From: Methanotrichaceae archaeon | GTDB taxonomy: Archaea > Halobacteriota > Methanosarcinia > Methanotrichales > Methanotrichaceae | Direction of reading: 5' to 3' | Length of the DNA stretch: 26,677 bases | Assembly: GCA_963748825.1 (NCBI GenBank) | Contig: CAVVKN010000001.1 | Location: 1-26,677, forward strand | Part shown: positions 25,273 to 26,677 of the stretch, piece by piece | How the letters are laid out: every line of letters begins with the position of its first letter | How positions within the stretch are numbered: the first letter of the stretch is position 1 | Made by a program: the position numbers and the translations under genes | Notes under the pieces: generated by a model | Seen by the model: the letters and a program-made list of their open reading frames with translations, nothing else | What the model was told of the DNA's origin: nothing | The model's database searches: none

Positions 25273-26643
25273 CTATTGCAGCGGGGGACCACCGCGGTTG
25301 TATGTCGCTTTATCCAGGACAGCCAGCCAGTCGAAATCGGTGAAGCTTTGAGGAGTTAGTGCGAAGTAGGTCGGGTTCTTCATACTGCCCGAGCGAGTCG
25401 GAAGAGCTGCGATTTTCGAATTTGGAAGCCCTTGGCCTTTGTGAGTCGGAATGAACCGCGCCGGTCCCGGCACGGCAGTCAGAAGCGCCTCAAGAGTGCC
25501 GGCTTCGGGCTGGCCGATGCCATTGGCATCAGAAACTCCCACGGCCGAACCGAAGACAGCATAGCGGTGACCGAACATCTCATTGAGGTGCGCTCCAGCC
25601 GGCCACCACGTGAGCAGGTCAGTGCCCAGTTGCCACTCTGTCTTTCCGCGCTTCAGATGGCTATTGTGAGCAAAGGCCAGCACCTTCCCCCTGCCACGCT
25701 CACGGGATACCATGTACACCAGATTATCCGCCATTATAAGGTCACGAATGCCGAGACCTTCGACAATCCGTTCGCCTGGTTTGCCCGACGTTCGTGCGAG
25801 TGTCGCATGATAGTTCAGCAACTGCCGTGCGACCGTTGCATAGTGCATGGCTTCCAAATAGCTGCTTATGTCGCTTTTGGCCACCAGCTCGGGACGGCGT
25901 ACTTGCAGCTCTGCAATGAGATCCTCTGTCTCAATCCTCAGTGCAGTTGCGGCTGGTGACAGGCCTATCGACTTCGTCGGGTCCATCATTGCAGCGGGAT
26001 TCTCCCAGTCGGAGTCCTGGCCGAGAAGCGGGTCGATGCGTTGGCGATGCTCCTCGCCGCTGGCACTATCAATCGAGGCGAGGTAATCGAGAACAAAATG
26101 CAGGACCTGGGCAGGACTATCGCTGAACATCATTTCGGTCGGACTATCGAAGCCGTAGAACTGGAGTTTGACGCGATGCGTTGGATCGGCATTGTACGCC
26201 CTCATCCACTCCACGAGTTCTCGATTCGCGTCGAGCCGACCGAAGCCGTGGCTAAATCCGGTATCCTGCACAGCCTCATACGATGCCGGGCCGCGACCGG
26301 CTACGTACTCATTCACTGCACGCGCCCGAGGGAAACTGCTCTCGACGGCAATGGCGCTGTAGCCATGCGTCTCCACCAAGCGCTGGAAGAGCCGGTTGCG
26401 CAGTATAAGAATGTCCTCGCCGCCGTGGAGTGCTTCTCCAAAGCCAAGCAACTCCACCGAGTCGTCAAGTGAGGCGATGACCTTGTCGATGGAGGCGTTG
26501 AAGGTTTCGGACGAATCGACGGAGAATGGAATCGCTTCGTGTAGAATCCAATCGTCGAGGGTGGCATATACCGGGGCGGAACTTCTCTGAAGAAATAGAC
26601 TTTTTTTCATTTTCTCAAGGTCTCCTGGTATTAGGCCATCCAT
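25273..26643 (-). CDS. Erythromycin esterase (EreA/EreB/ChaN-fold) family protein
   Basis: LLGFGEALHG, RLFQRLVE, AIAVES, LVEWMRAYN, FYGFD, RDLIMADN and AHNSH motifs. Start may be ATG 26610. Confidence 0.9.
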   Translation of the reverse strand: MDGLIPGDLEKMKKSLFLQRSSAPVYATLDDWILHEAIPFSVDSSETFNASIDKVIASLDDSVELLGFGEALHGGEDILILRNRLFQRLVETHGYSAIAVESSFPRARAVNEYVAGRGPASYEAVQDTGFSHGFGRLDANRELVEWMRAYNADPTHRVKLQFYGFDSPTEMMFSDSPAQVLHFVLDYLASIDSASGEEHRQRIDPLLGQDSDWENPAAMMDPTKSIGLSPAATALRIETEDLIAELQVRRPELVAKSDISSYLEAMHYATVARQLLNYHATLARTSGKPGERIVEGLGIRDLIMADNLVYMVSRERGRGKVLAFAHNSHLKRGKTEWQLGTDLLTWWPAGAHLNEMFGHRYAVFGSAVGVSDANGIGQPEAGTLEALLTAVPGPARFIPTHKGQGLPNSKIAALPTRSGSMKNPTYFALTPQSFTDFDWLAVLDKATYNRGGPPLQ

Positions 26644-26677
26644 GCATAATCCTAAAGAGCCTCCACTCTGCTATTTC

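Overview
Window from a methanogenic archaeon, most consistent with Methanothrix/Methanosarcinales (inferred from HdrDE, a DUF1699 gene, a MesC-like methionine synthase and a DUF11 surface protein). In order: (1) a giant surface protein, cut off at the left edge and carrying two frameshifts in the first 490 bp, with a Big_1-like domain, nine ~97-aa Ig-like repeats and three DUF11-like domains; (2) a small Cys/His DUF6788-like gene translationally coupled to a znuACB-type metal ABC importer, with a repeat-flanked TATA box upstream; (3) a COG1361-like membrane-anchored protein plus an ABC-2 exporter; (4) folP with a C-terminal reductase-like domain, coupled to a CofE-like ligase fused to a cytidine deaminase; (5) hdrED on the minus strand; (6) an unannotated 46-aa ORF; (7) thrC and a core methionine synthase; (8) DUF1699; (9) an NHEJ ligase and Ku separated by REP/MITE-like repeats; (10) an AT-richer DUF6978-like + DUF1828/DUF1829-like pair, a candidate defence or toxin module; (11) a frameshifted geranylgeranyl reductase; (12) an erythromycin-esterase-family gene. 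No rRNA, tRNA, CRISPR array or transposase was recognised. Family names come from recalled motifs, not database searches. The best leads are the putative zinc-uptake regulator with its operator, the rearranged folate module and the DUF6978/DUF1828-9 pair beside NHEJ.
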